DNA of 64,000 nt. Source: Microgenomates group bacterium (lineage in GTDB: Bacteria > Patescibacteriota > Microgenomatia > UBA10105 > UBA927). Each line of letters opens with the position of its first letter. Position 1 is the stretch's first letter. Under the pieces are notes generated by a model. The model was not told the DNA's origin and made no database searches. It was given only the letters and a program-made list of their open reading frames with translations. The translations under genes and the position numbers were made by a program. Location: the NCBI GenBank assembly GCA_049287205.1, contig JBAQFJ010000001.1, forward strand, positions 767,041 through 831,040, read 5' to 3'. Positions 1 through 9,628 of the stretch are shown piece by piece.

Positions 1-449
1 ATGAATGAATCAAGAGATGTATTAAATTCAATAATCAGTCCAACGATAAACACACCGATAAACAGAAGATACGCAACTTCAATGGTGAGGACGTCAGATA
101 ACGCCCGCATCATCCACTCGCCTATCATACCTGCCTGTGTCAATCCAATAAGGGACAAAAGAAATAGAAAAAATCCCGTCGGTACATTTGGTTTTGCAAG
201 GTCGGATTTCACTTTAAAAAATAACAAACTCAAAGAAACTAAAAATACAGGAAACGGATACATCACCCAACCAATTTTGGTGTACAAGCCGTCCCGAAGT
301 CGCATGAGGGCAGTGCCTTCACTAAAAAATGAGAAGATAATAATGAATGAAAAAATCCACAGCCAGATTGCAGCAACAGTATAAATCGTCTGCTTCTTCA
401 GCTTCAAATTAAACGGTCCCCGTTTTTTGTATTTTCGTTTCCGTTGCAT
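1..449 (-). CDS. Partial integral membrane protein running off the left edge; start ATG at 447-449, C-terminus outside window
   Basis: Manual translation of the minus strand gives MQRKRKYKKRGPFNLKLKKQTIYTVAAIWLWIFSFIIIFSFF...GFFLFLLSLIGLTQAGMIGEW...VAYLLFIGVFIVGLIIEF with at least 4 hydrophobic helices. An in-frame stop lies 9 nt upstream of the ATG. The track's plus ORF 1..384 is K/N/R-rich, as expected for the antisense of a membrane protein. Confidence 0.45.
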   Translation of the reverse strand, partial: MQRKRKYKKRGPFNLKLKKQTIYTVAAIWLWIFSFIIIFSFFSEGTALMRLRDGLYTKIGWVMYPFPVFLVSLSLLFFKVKSDLAKPNVPTGFFLFLLSLIGLTQAGMIGEWMMRALSDVLTIEVAYLLFIGVFIVGLIIEFNTSLDSF

Positions 450-504
450 ACTGTATCAGTATAGAAAGAAATGCCTATAAGTTCAACAAGAGGGAATTTT
501 TCGA

Positions 505-545
505 AACATGCAAAAACCTTAAAAAGATGATATAATATACAGGTT
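505..545 (+). promoter_or_regulatory. Putative sigma70 promoter of typA with an extended -10 (TGaTATAAT, hexamer about 531-536)
   Basis: gatgaTATAATatac is read directly, about 65 nt upstream of the typA ATG. No clear -35 is present, and an extended -10 can compensate for that. Confidence 0.35.
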
Positions 546-547
546 CT

Positions 548-586
548 CCCCGCTACGAGATTCATTTTCGTTTGGGCGGGGATTTT
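548..586 (+). promoter_or_regulatory. 5' leader stem-loop of typA (CCCCGC...GCGGGG) followed by ATTTTT; possible attenuator
   Basis: The 6-bp GC stem 548-553/575-580 has an inner ACGA/TCGT helix and a U-tract at 582-586, placed between the putative -10 and the typA start at 602. Confidence 0.3.
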
Positions 587-601
587 TAGTTTGGTAAAGC
601 T

Positions 602-2434
602 ATGGATATTCGAAATGTCGCCATCATCGCTCACGTTGACCACGGGAAAACCACACTTGTCGATGGTATGCTTAAACAGACCCACACATTTCGCGATAAT
701 GAAGCTGAAATGACCCAAACCACAATTCTTGATTCAAACACCCTCGAACGAGAAAAAGGAATCACAATTCTCGCAAAAAACACAAGCGTCATGTACAAAG
801 GGACAAAGATTAACATCATCGACACTCCGGGGCATGCAGACTTCTCAGGAGAGGTCGAACGCACCATTAATATGGCTGACGGTGCAGTCTTAGTCGTCGA
901 TGCAGCAGAAGGTCCACTTCCTCAGACACAATTTGTTCTCAAAAAAGCCCTTGAACTCCATCTCAAACTCATCGTTGTTGTCAACAAAATTGACAGAAAA
1001 GATGCACGAGTTGAAGAAGTTGTCCATGAAATTGAAGAATTATTCCTTCACCTTGCAAATCATGAAGATGATTTGATGTATCCGGTGATCTATGCAGTCG
1101 GCCGTGAAGGAAAAGCATGGGATCCGTATCCAGAAGACATGACAGCGGAAGCTGACCTCACACCGGTATTTGAATCCATTCTTGAAATCGTTCCTCCACC
1201 AAAAGCAAATGCGGACATGCCGACAAAAATGTTGGTCTCAACACTTGATTTTGATGATTATAAAGGAACATACGCAATCGGAAAACTGACTCAAGGAACG
1301 ATCAAGCCGGGACAATCCATTCTTCTTCTCAATGAAAACGAAAAAGTCGGACAATACAAAATTGATCAGGTATTTACGAGCGTCGGTTTGAAACGCGTGG
1401 AATCAACTATCGCAAAAACTGGAGATATCATCGCTGTGACCGGAATTCCTGATGTTGCCATTGGGCAAACCATCACTGACCCGTCCGACCCGACAGGATA
1501 TCCGACCATTAAACTGGAAGACCCGACACTCAAAATTTCTTTATCTGCAAACACTTCCCCATTTGCGGGACGTGAAGGAAAATTCTGTACAGCGAGGCAG
1601 ATTCACGCAAGACTCCTCAAAGAAAAACAGACAAACATCGGCATCAACATCACAGATAATCCTCAAGGAAATGGATTTATCGTTGCAGGTCGCGGAGAAC
1701 TGCATCTGGCAATTCTTCTTGAAAATTTGCGCCGTGAAGGATATGAAATGCAGGTCGGAAAACCGGAAGTAATCTTAAAAGAAGTTGATGGAAAAACACA
1801 TGAACCATACGAAGAAATAACTATAGAAATTGACAGTGCGTATGTCGGTGTCATCACAGAAGAACTGGGAAAACGAAAAGCGGAAATGCTTGATACATTT
1901 ACCTCAGATCGCGGTGTTACCAGAATGGTCTACAAAGTTTCCAGCCGAAACTTGCTCGGATTTAGAGGTGACATCATGACAAAAACCCGTGGAAACGGAA
2001 TTTTCTCAACTCGGTTTGTTGGATACTTCCCACTTGGTGCACACGTACCAAAACTTCGAAATGGAGTACTCATCGCATTTGAATCAGGCAAATCCACAGG
2101 GTACGCACTGCAGACAGTACAAGAACGAGGTAAAGCATTCGTTGGTCCCGGAGTCCCTGTCTATGCAGGAATGATCATTGGTTTAAACACCAGACAGGAT
2201 GATATCGAAATCAATATCTGCAAAATCAAAAAACTAACAAACATCCACTCTGCAAATGCTGACATCGCAATTCAACTCGATCCACCAACAGAGTTCTCAC
2301 TCGAACAATGTTTGGATTTTGTCGAAGAAGATGAGTTATTGGAAATCACACCATTAAACTTAAGACTTCGAAAGAAATTCCTCACATCTACAGAACGAAG
2401 TAGAGTTGGTCGCGGACTTGAACCAAAAGTCTAA
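602..2434 (+). CDS. typA: Translational GTPase TypA/BipA
   Basis: 610 aa. It has the G-domain motifs AIIAHVDHGKTTL, DTPGHADF and NKID, and its domain order is EF-G-like, typical of BipA. Confidence 0.93.
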   Translation: MDIRNVAIIAHVDHGKTTLVDGMLKQTHTFRDNEAEMTQTTILDSNTLEREKGITILAKNTSVMYKGTKINIIDTPGHADFSGEVERTINMADGAVLVVDAAEGPLPQTQFVLKKALELHLKLIVVVNKIDRKDARVEEVVHEIEELFLHLANHEDDLMYPVIYAVGREGKAWDPYPEDMTAEADLTPVFESILEIVPPPKANADMPTKMLVSTLDFDDYKGTYAIGKLTQGTIKPGQSILLLNENEKVGQYKIDQVFTSVGLKRVESTIAKTGDIIAVTGIPDVAIGQTITDPSDPTGYPTIKLEDPTLKISLSANTSPFAGREGKFCTARQIHARLLKEKQTNIGINITDNPQGNGFIVAGRGELHLAILLENLRREGYEMQVGKPEVILKEVDGKTHEPYEEITIEIDSAYVGVITEELGKRKAEMLDTFTSDRGVTRMVYKVSSRNLLGFRGDIMTKTRGNGIFSTRFVGYFPLGAHVPKLRNGVLIAFESGKSTGYALQTVQERGKAFVGPGVPVYAGMIIGLNTRQDDIEINICKIKKLTNIHSANADIAIQLDPPTEFSLEQCLDFVEEDELLEITPLNLRLRKKFLTSTERSRVGRGLEPKV

Positions 2435-3192
2435 ACAAGTGTTTGAAGATATTTGGTCATTCCGTCTTCTTTTACAGAACCTACCACCATATCTGCTGCG
2501 TCTTTCAAAATTTGTGTCGCATTCCCCATCGCAACTTTCTTCCCAACCGCATTAAATAAATGGATATCATTATGTCCGTCACCGATACCAATGGTATTTT
2601 CTTTTTTAACATCAAGCAATTTTAATAATTCTCCAATCGCATGTTCTTTCGTGGCATCGCGATTGATTACATGAAGATCCCGTGTTCCCGGCTTCTGTGC
2701 AATCACCATAACGCAAGTGATTCCTTCAATTGTCAAAAGCTTCTCACGAATTTCTTCTGCAATTGTATCCGGCACAAACACAACTTCAAAAAAATACACC
2801 GGCTCTGTTGTATGAAAATCTTTTGAATATACCCCACCATAAAAATAATCATCTTCTGTTCCGTCATTAAACAAAACTTTATATTCTGGATAATTTTTCA
2901 GCACTTCAATAACTTTGGCTAACGCTGTTTCAGGAATAGTTTTTTGCCATAGAATTTCTCCCGTCTCAGGATTACAAATTTGCGTACCTGCTGAAATGAC
3001 ACACGGATCAGTTAGATGCATTGCTTTAAGAACTGCTTTTCCGTATGACCACACACGACCAGTTGCAGCACAAAGATGATATTGGTCTTTCAATGCATCC
3101 ATCGCCGCGACAAGCTCAGGTGTTGGTACTTTTTTCTCGGGAGAATCAACAGCAGTTCCATCGATGTCAAAAATAATCGCTTTATCTTTCAT
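2431..3192 (-). CDS. HAD-superfamily hydrolase, Cof-like subfamily IIB
   Basis: Motif I IIFDIDGT is N-terminal and GDGHNDIHLF (motif IV) is C-terminal. Length is 253 aa. It converges on typA with a 4-nt overlap. Confidence 0.8.
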   Translation of the reverse strand: MKDKAIIFDIDGTAVDSPEKKVPTPELVAAMDALKDQYHLCAATGRVWSYGKAVLKAMHLTDPCVISAGTQICNPETGEILWQKTIPETALAKVIEVLKNYPEYKVLFNDGTEDDYFYGGVYSKDFHTTEPVYFFEVVFVPDTIAEEIREKLLTIEGITCVMVIAQKPGTRDLHVINRDATKEHAIGELLKLLDVKKENTIGIGDGHNDIHLFNAVGKKVAMGNATQILKDAADMVVGSVKEDGMTKYLQTLV

Positions 3193-3204
3193 AATTAAAA
3201 TTGA

Positions 3205-3840
3205 TTATAGTCTAATCTCTTCCCCTGTTCCAACAAAGGTTACTTCATCATCCTGCACTAATAACCCTTGCGTGTCCGTGATAATCCGAACAGGATATTT
3301 CGTTTTAGCAATTCCTTGTTTCATGATTTCTTTTTCACCATCAACATAATGAACAACTGTAAGAAACGGCACGAGTCCCATCGCCGGTTCATCAATATTC
3401 ATTCCATGTCTGTCACGATCCGGTTTTCTCCATAATCCCTGCTCCATTGTCGGCCCTGCAAGATATGAACCTGCACTGACGCCAACATATAACATGCCTT
3501 GGTTCACCAACTCTTTGACCACTTCCATAAATCCGCTTTCTTTTGCATATTTTAAAAGATAATATGGATCCCCACCTTGTACATAGATAACATCCATATC
3601 TTTAAAAAGTTCCTGCAATTCATTTTTTGTTTTTCCTTTTACATCAATTTCCATTACCTGAATACCCATGTCACGTAATGCTTTTGTGTCATCATCTCGC
3701 CATGGATGAGGAATTTGTTCATTAGACGCGGTGATAATATGCGCAAGATGAATATCTTTTGGATCTTTTGGAAGAATACGTAAAAATGTATCCTTCACAC
3801 TTTTCCCGCCTGTTGAAGTAAGTAAAATTGTTCGTTTCAT
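3205..3840 (-). CDS. Peptidase E-like (S51 family / class I glutamine amidotransferase-like) protein
   Basis: The S51-like pattern ILLTSTGG...YVQGGDPYYL...YVGVSAG is present. The ATG for MKRTILL at 3838-3840 is preferred over the longer track ORF. Confidence 0.7.
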   Translation of the reverse strand: MKRTILLTSTGGKSVKDTFLRILPKDPKDIHLAHIITASNEQIPHPWRDDDTKALRDMGIQVMEIDVKGKTKNELQELFKDMDVIYVQGGDPYYLLKYAKESGFMEVVKELVNQGMLYVGVSAGSYLAGPTMEQGLWRKPDRDRHGMNIDEPAMGLVPFLTVVHYVDGEKEIMKQGIAKTKYPVRIITDTQGLLVQDDEVTFVGTGEEIRL

Positions 3841-3942
3841 TGTATTATTATACTTTTTTCCAATAAAAATCTCCTGTCGGTGTGTTGTGTGTTTCTCCGA
3901 CAGGAGATAGTAAAACTTATATTGCACGGACGCTACCACTTA

Positions 3943-4116
3943 TTAACTTGCTAATAATTTCCGAAAAACAATTCGGAGGATAATCATTAATAGGCCGACA
4001 CCAATAAACCAATACCAATTGATATCGAACGTAATTAATTTGAATATCCCAATCCCGACACAAGCGCTTCCACCATATACTAATAGTGGGCGTAATACAG
4101 AATATTTCCAGTTCAT
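3943..4116 (-). CDS. Small (57 aa) hydrophobic membrane peptide, hypothetical
   Basis: Manual translation gives MNWKYSVLRPLLVYGGSACVGIGIFKLITFDINWYWFIGVGLLMIILRIVFRKLLAS. GAGGAAAAAATG provides a Shine-Dalgarno-like site. It is not in the ORF track because it is under 60 aa. Confidence 0.3.
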   Translation of the reverse strand: MNWKYSVLRPLLVYGGSACVGIGIFKLITFDINWYWFIGVGLLMIILRIVFRKLLAS

Positions 4117-4323
4117 TTTTTCCTCGATTCTATAATTCTGAATTGGATATTATTTGGTGCCAACATGCAAAAAACAGCTTTAATAGATAACAAATCTGTC
4201 ACAAAATATTGTGAAATTTATTACATACAAGCGGTTGCAATGATACCAAAAAAGAGACAAAATGTCAATACTATGGGCTATATTTGAACCTTCCTGCCTG
4301 CGAGGCGGGGCTAAAAATGGCGT

Positions 4324-6141
4324 TTATACCTCAAGAATGACAGGAACGATGAGGGGCTGTCTGCCTGTTTCTTTTTTCAAAAACTTTTGCAGATTGTCTT
4401 CAATCAGTTCCCGCATGTAATGCCAGTCCATGGATCTTCCGTTTTTCACTCTGAGTGAATCGCTCACGATTTTCCGTGCACGGTTTAGAAGGTCTCCGGA
4501 TTCTTTTATGTATACAAATCCTCTTGAGATAATATCTGGTGCACTTGTCACTCGTCCTGATGATTTCTCAACTGGAACAACGACAACAACAATTCCCTCA
4601 TTGGCAATTGTTTGCCTGTCTCGGAGCACGACACTGCCGACATCCCCAATACCCAGTCCGTCGACCATGATATTTTCCAGTGCAATGTGCTGAGCAACTT
4701 TTGGTACCTGCCCTTTTCTAAATTCCAAAATATCCCCTTCATTTGGCATGAGGATCTGATGTTTTTTCCATCCGCAGTCCATAGCAATCGTCCGGTAATT
4801 CATGATGTGCCGATACGTTCCTCCAATAGGAAGAACAAATGACGGGCCAAGTGCGGTGAGCATCAACATATGATCCCCCTGCGATCCGTGACCTGACACG
4901 TGCAAATCTTCCATGATGTTCGTATACGATACGCGTGCACCGTCCCGATACAGTTGATCAATGATCGTACCCACACTGTTTTCATTTCCCGGTATTGGAT
5001 CTGCACTAAACATGACGGTATCCCCGTCTGCAATCGAAACAAATGTATGATTATCATTTGCCATTCTGGTGAGTGCTGATTCCGGTTGCCCTTGAGCTCC
5101 CGCCACAATCAAAAACATTTTGTTTGGCGGCATCTTTTTCAAATCCTTGTCGCGTACCACCATATCCCGAGGAAATTTCATGTACCCGAGATTGAATGCT
5201 TCCTCCACATTTTTGTCGATGCTCCTGCCAAAAAATGAAATCTTCCGACCTGCGGCAATTGCAATGTCTATTGCAAGTTGGATACGGGATATGTTTGATG
5301 ATTGTGTCGTAAACAAAAACTTTCCCTGACACATCGCAAGTTCTTTTTCAATACTCTCACGAATTTTTTGTTCTGATGGCGTAAACCCTGCACGTTCACT
5401 GCCTAAGGAATCTGTCATAAGACACAGAACACCTCGATCTCCCACCGCATTAATTTTATCGAGTTCTGATTTCTTTCCATCTAATGGATCAAAATCGAAT
5501 TTGAAATCACTGCCGTGGTAAAAAATTCCAATCGGTGTTTCGATAATGAGATTTGATGTGTCTGGCACTGAGTGTGTCATCCGAACAAACGACACGGTAA
5601 ACGGACCAATGTGTAACACTTCCGTAAATTCGACTGGTTTTACGCGTGTCGCGATTTTTGTTTCTTTTAACTTAAGGTTCGCAAACGCTGCAGTGAGCGG
5701 TGTTCCCCACATAGGGATATTGCCCAATTTCGGATAGATGTATGGAATTGCGCCGATATGATCATCATGTCCGTGAGTAAACACGAGCCCTCGGATATAC
5801 TGTTTTTTATCTTCCAAATACCGGACATCCGGAATGACGACATCCACGCCGTACATATCTGCATCAGGAAATCCGATGCCGCAGTCGACGAGTAAGATGT
5901 CTGTAATTTTTCCGTCATAGCGGAGCTCATACGCGAACATATTTTTTGTCACGTTGCCGCTTCCACCAATGGGAATAAACCGAATGGATTCCTTACCAGA
6001 AGGAGTACCTCGATATTCACTCTTTCCAACTCCTACGAATTGTTTTGTACTTTTGCCCTCTTCATTTTTTTGCTGTGGCCCAACTGGGGGTTTTCTGAAC
6101 CAAGATGGCCTACTGCCATGATGCTTAAATTTATTTTGCAT
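4324..6141 (-). CDS. rnj: Ribonuclease J (beta-CASP metallo-beta-lactamase RNase) with a K/R-rich N-terminal extension
   Basis: The HxHxDH motif (THGHDDHIG) and the beta-CASP region are present. The first roughly 50 aa are a basic low-complexity extension. Confidence 0.9.
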   Translation of the reverse strand: MQNKFKHHGSRPSWFRKPPVGPQQKNEEGKSTKQFVGVGKSEYRGTPSGKESIRFIPIGGSGNVTKNMFAYELRYDGKITDILLVDCGIGFPDADMYGVDVVIPDVRYLEDKKQYIRGLVFTHGHDDHIGAIPYIYPKLGNIPMWGTPLTAAFANLKLKETKIATRVKPVEFTEVLHIGPFTVSFVRMTHSVPDTSNLIIETPIGIFYHGSDFKFDFDPLDGKKSELDKINAVGDRGVLCLMTDSLGSERAGFTPSEQKIRESIEKELAMCQGKFLFTTQSSNISRIQLAIDIAIAAGRKISFFGRSIDKNVEEAFNLGYMKFPRDMVVRDKDLKKMPPNKMFLIVAGAQGQPESALTRMANDNHTFVSIADGDTVMFSADPIPGNENSVGTIIDQLYRDGARVSYTNIMEDLHVSGHGSQGDHMLMLTALGPSFVLPIGGTYRHIMNYRTIAMDCGWKKHQILMPNEGDILEFRKGQVPKVAQHIALENIMVDGLGIGDVGSVVLRDRQTIANEGIVVVVVPVEKSSGRVTSAPDIISRGFVYIKESGDLLNRARKIVSDSLRVKNGRSMDWHYMRELIEDNLQKFLKKETGRQPLIVPVILEV

Positions 6142-6156
6142 GTAACTTCACTTTCT

Positions 6157-7248
6157 TTAATACGTTTCTATATATTCTTTGATATTACTCTCTGTTATAT
6201 GAAACGTTTTTCCTTTACCTTCTACTATTGCTCGTGCTACTTTTCGACAGACACCGTTCATCGTTCGTTCAATCGAACGGATTCCTGCATCATATCCTAA
6301 CGGCCGGACGAGTTTCGGCCATACTGCATCATCAATGGTTAAATTTTCTTTTGTAAGCCCTGATGCTTTAAGGAGCTCCGGCATAACGTAGTCTCTTGCA
6401 ATCGTAATTTTCTCCTCATCAGAATACGACGGCATTTGAATAACTTCTAACCGATCCAACACTGCTGTTGAAATATTTGTTGTATTGTTTGCAGTTGCGA
6501 TAAACAAGACATCAGACAAATCAAATGGCACATCCAGATAATGATCCGTGAATGCTTTGTTTTGCTCCGGATCTAACAACTCAACCAAAACACCCATGAT
6601 GTCGCCACGTGCATGTTCTGCAACGCGGTCCACTTCATCAAGAAGCATGACGGGATTTTTTGTCCCTGCGTACCTGAGCCCCTTTAAAATCAGTCCGATT
6701 TCTGCATCAGGCCTGACTCTTGATTGACCCCTGAGATCCAAAGAATCGGATAATCCTCCAAATGGGATACGGATAAATTTCCGTCCCATTGCTTCAGCGA
6801 CAGACTTGGCAAGTGTCGTTTTTCCGGTTCCAACAAGCCCAATAAGACAAAGAATTGGAGCGCGCCTGGCAAGCATTCCGTGTACCAGTCCTGCATCGCC
6901 AACTTTCAGTTCGTTTTCTTCGATGCCTTTTTCTTGCTGCAACTTCAATACCGCCAAATATTCAATAATCTTGTCTTTTACGGACTGCATGCCGTAATGA
7001 TTTCTATTTAACATTTCTTGTGCTTTGACGATGTCAATTGCGTCAATGGAACGTTTGTTCCAAGGAAGATTCACAATCCAATCAATGTAATCCAAGAGTT
7101 GTTCAATATGCACTTGTGCCGCGATATCAGTTTGGATTCGTTCAATTTCCTCAAAATATCCGTTGATACGAGACACGAGTTCTGGAGGAACTTGCATATC
7201 CGTTAAGGTTCTTCGAAGGACACTCACTCTATCAGACAGGGATGACAT
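6157..7248 (-). CDS. Lon-like AAA+ ATPase module lacking both the Lon N-domain and the S16 protease domain
   Basis: It carries the Lon signature LPWNKRS, Walker A GLVGTGKTTLAKS, Walker B LLDEVD and sensor-2 region through ...GIRSIERTMNGVCRKVA, then stops. There is no PKDGPSAG-type serine protease segment. Confidence 0.8.
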   Translation of the reverse strand: MSSLSDRVSVLRRTLTDMQVPPELVSRINGYFEEIERIQTDIAAQVHIEQLLDYIDWIVNLPWNKRSIDAIDIVKAQEMLNRNHYGMQSVKDKIIEYLAVLKLQQEKGIEENELKVGDAGLVHGMLARRAPILCLIGLVGTGKTTLAKSVAEAMGRKFIRIPFGGLSDSLDLRGQSRVRPDAEIGLILKGLRYAGTKNPVMLLDEVDRVAEHARGDIMGVLVELLDPEQNKAFTDHYLDVPFDLSDVLFIATANNTTNISTAVLDRLEVIQMPSYSDEEKITIARDYVMPELLKASGLTKENLTIDDAVWPKLVRPLGYDAGIRSIERTMNGVCRKVARAIVEGKGKTFHITESNIKEYIETY

Positions 7249-7295
7249 ATATTCATCATACCCTAAAACCTGTGAGTAAGAAACTCTAAAAAAGT

Positions 7296-9479
7296 TTAAT
7301 ATCTTCGTGGGCCGCGGCCATACGATGGACGTGGACGATCTCCACCTTCTCTTCGTTCCCGTGGTGGTGCTTTTGCGGCATCATCACCGAACAACATCGA
7401 GAGGTTTACCCGTCCCTGATCATCGATTTCGATGACCCGTACTTTTACTTTTTGTCCTAATTCAACGACAGTTGAAGGATCCTGCACAAAGTCTGTAGAC
7501 ATTTGTGACACATGGACTAATCCTTCTTTTCCTGGAAGAATTTCCACGAATGCACCAAATGCCATCAGTCGTTTGACTTCTCCTTCATATTCTTCGCCTG
7601 CTTTCACTTCATGCGTCAATCCTTCAATCCATGCGGCTGCTTTTTCTACAGCATCTTTTTTCACGGATGTGATGAATACGGATCCGTCATCTTTGACGTC
7701 AAGAATTGCACCGGTAATGGTCTGGATTTGGCGAATCATTTTTCCACCCGGTCCAATCACTGTTCCAATGCTTTCGACCGGAATCTTCACCATCTGCACT
7801 TTTGGTGCGTACTGGGAAAGATTTGGTCGGGTCACTGCAATGAGTGCGTGCATTTTTTCCAAAATCATCATACGTGCAACATGCGCTCGATCCAGTGCGC
7901 CTTTGACGATTTCGTCCGTAATTCCATCAACTTTCATATCCAGTTGAATGGCGGTGATACCGTTTTTGGTACCTGCCACTTTGAAATCCATGTCGCCACT
8001 GAAATCTTCGACACCGACGATGTCTGTGAGTAAAACGAATTCTTTTTTGTCTTTCGGATTCGTCATCAAACCAACGGAAATTCCAGCAACAGGTTCTTTG
8101 ATTGGAACTCCTGCATCCATAAGTGCGAGTGTTGATCCGCAGGTTGATGCCATGGATGTTGATCCATTGGATGACATAATTTCAGATACCAATCGAATGG
8201 TATATGGAAATTCTGTTTCATCAGGAATCACTGCAATAAGTGCGCGTTCTGCAAGTGCTCCATGTCCAATTTCTCTTCGTGATGGTGTTCCCACACGACC
8301 TGTTTCTCCAACAGAATATGGAGGCATGGTGTAGTGATGAATATATCTCCGTGATTCTTCTCCAGTTGGGCTCTCAATGAGCTGCGCCATATCAGGAGAA
8401 CCGAGTGTTGCAACGGTTAAGACCTGAGTCTGACCTCGTTTGAACATTGCGCTCCCGTGTGTACGTGGAAGTAAACTCAAATCCATTGTGATTTCACGAA
8501 CTTCATCAATCTTTCGTCCATCTACACGAGTGCTTCTTTCAAGCACATCTTCACGAATTCTATTTTTGAAAATATGGTCGATTGCGGCCATAATTTGTGG
8601 AATGGTGTGTGCCTGTTCATACTTTTCTGCAATTGCTTTGGCAAGTTCACCCATTCCGGTATCTCCGCCTTCTTTTTGGGTTGTTTTCTTGAACTGTTCA
8701 TCGAGTTCTTTTTTGTAATCTTTTTTCAATTTTGCTTCCAACTCTTCAGTAGATGCTGGTTCGGCAATAACTGCTTTTGTTTTTCCCACTTCTTTCACAA
8801 GCTCATTGATACAATCAATAATTGCTTTGTTTGCAATTTTTGCTTGTTCTACTGCTTCAAACACCACATCTTCTGGTGTTTCACAAAATCCTCCCTCAAG
8901 CATCATGACACGTTCTGCATTTGAGGAAATGATGAAATCAAATTCACTTGATTCCTGTTGTGGGGCTGTTGGATTGATAAGAATAGTGCCTTTGTCAGAC
9001 CCATCTTCTTTCACATAGCCGACACGAACGCCTCCAACTGGTCCATTCCATGGAACTTCGGAAATGGCAATGGCAGCTGATGCGGCGACAAGTGCCAACA
9101 CATCCGGATCATTCTCACCATCAACAGATAGTGTGGTGATGATCACTTGAACATCGTGTTTGTATGTTTTTGGAAATAATGGTCTGATGGAACGATCAAT
9201 CACACGACCTGCAAGTACTGCATCATCTGTTGGCCTTCCTTCTCGTTTGACCCAACGTGATCCTTTAATACGTCCACCGGCGTAGAGCCGTTCAACGTAT
9301 TCGACAGACAATGGGAAATAATCGAGTGTTGTTTCTTTGCTTGATGCCGTCACTGCTGCAAGCACCATGGTATCGCCATATTGGGCAACGACTGCTGCGC
9401 TTGCCTGTTCTGCATAGCGACCAACTTCGAGTGATAACGTGCGTCCACCGACTTCAACGGATTTTTTTACTATCTTCAT
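7296..9479 (-). CDS. pnp: Polynucleotide phosphorylase (PNPase) with an RG-rich C-terminal tail
   Basis: 727 aa with two RNase PH domains, KH and S1 domains. The tail PPRERREGGDRPRPSYGRGPRRY is arginine-rich. Confidence 0.95.
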   Translation of the reverse strand: MKIVKKSVEVGGRTLSLEVGRYAEQASAAVVAQYGDTMVLAAVTASSKETTLDYFPLSVEYVERLYAGGRIKGSRWVKREGRPTDDAVLAGRVIDRSIRPLFPKTYKHDVQVIITTLSVDGENDPDVLALVAASAAIAISEVPWNGPVGGVRVGYVKEDGSDKGTILINPTAPQQESSEFDFIISSNAERVMMLEGGFCETPEDVVFEAVEQAKIANKAIIDCINELVKEVGKTKAVIAEPASTEELEAKLKKDYKKELDEQFKKTTQKEGGDTGMGELAKAIAEKYEQAHTIPQIMAAIDHIFKNRIREDVLERSTRVDGRKIDEVREITMDLSLLPRTHGSAMFKRGQTQVLTVATLGSPDMAQLIESPTGEESRRYIHHYTMPPYSVGETGRVGTPSRREIGHGALAERALIAVIPDETEFPYTIRLVSEIMSSNGSTSMASTCGSTLALMDAGVPIKEPVAGISVGLMTNPKDKKEFVLLTDIVGVEDFSGDMDFKVAGTKNGITAIQLDMKVDGITDEIVKGALDRAHVARMMILEKMHALIAVTRPNLSQYAPKVQMVKIPVESIGTVIGPGGKMIRQIQTITGAILDVKDDGSVFITSVKKDAVEKAAAWIEGLTHEVKAGEEYEGEVKRLMAFGAFVEILPGKEGLVHVSQMSTDFVQDPSTVVELGQKVKVRVIEIDDQGRVNLSMLFGDDAAKAPPRERREGGDRPRPSYGRGPRRY

Positions 9480-9628
9480 AAATCTTCTCGCCTACCAAAA
9501 GGGAGGATGGAGAAAGGGGGAAGTGAGACAATTCGAATCGTCGATACTGAGCGTTGTCGAAGTATCAAAAATTCAAGACATCGCACTTCCTATCTGTCTC
9601 CTCTCACATTAGTATGCGGAGGGAAAAA

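Noticed and set aside
1-384. Plus-strand 127-aa ORF at the window start
   Set aside because: Its composition is K/N/R/S-rich with no hydrophobic core, as expected for the antisense of a membrane protein. The minus strand encodes a convincing multi-TM protein, so I treat this as an antisense artefact.
409-431. AAACGG-TCC-CCGTTT hairpin followed by TTTTGTATTTT (terminator-like, plus orientation)
   Set aside because: It falls inside the N-terminal coding region of the preferred minus-strand membrane ORF, and no credible plus-strand gene ends upstream. It may be fortuitous. It is kept in mind because it would support the alternative plus-ORF model.
404-718. Minus-strand 104-aa ORF overlapping the typA promoter and start
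   Set aside because: It overlaps the well-supported typA 5' end and promoter, and has no motif or RBS.
4280-4320. cctgcctgcgaggcgggg segment resembling the arms of the 41-bp intragenic repeat
   Set aside because: The similarity covers only about 8 nt of GC-rich sequence, which is too weak to call a third copy.
7432-9018. Several plus-strand ORFs (171, 140, 128, 92, 116, 70 aa) inside pnp
   Set aside because: They are S/T/P/C-rich low-complexity translations, antisense to PNPase.
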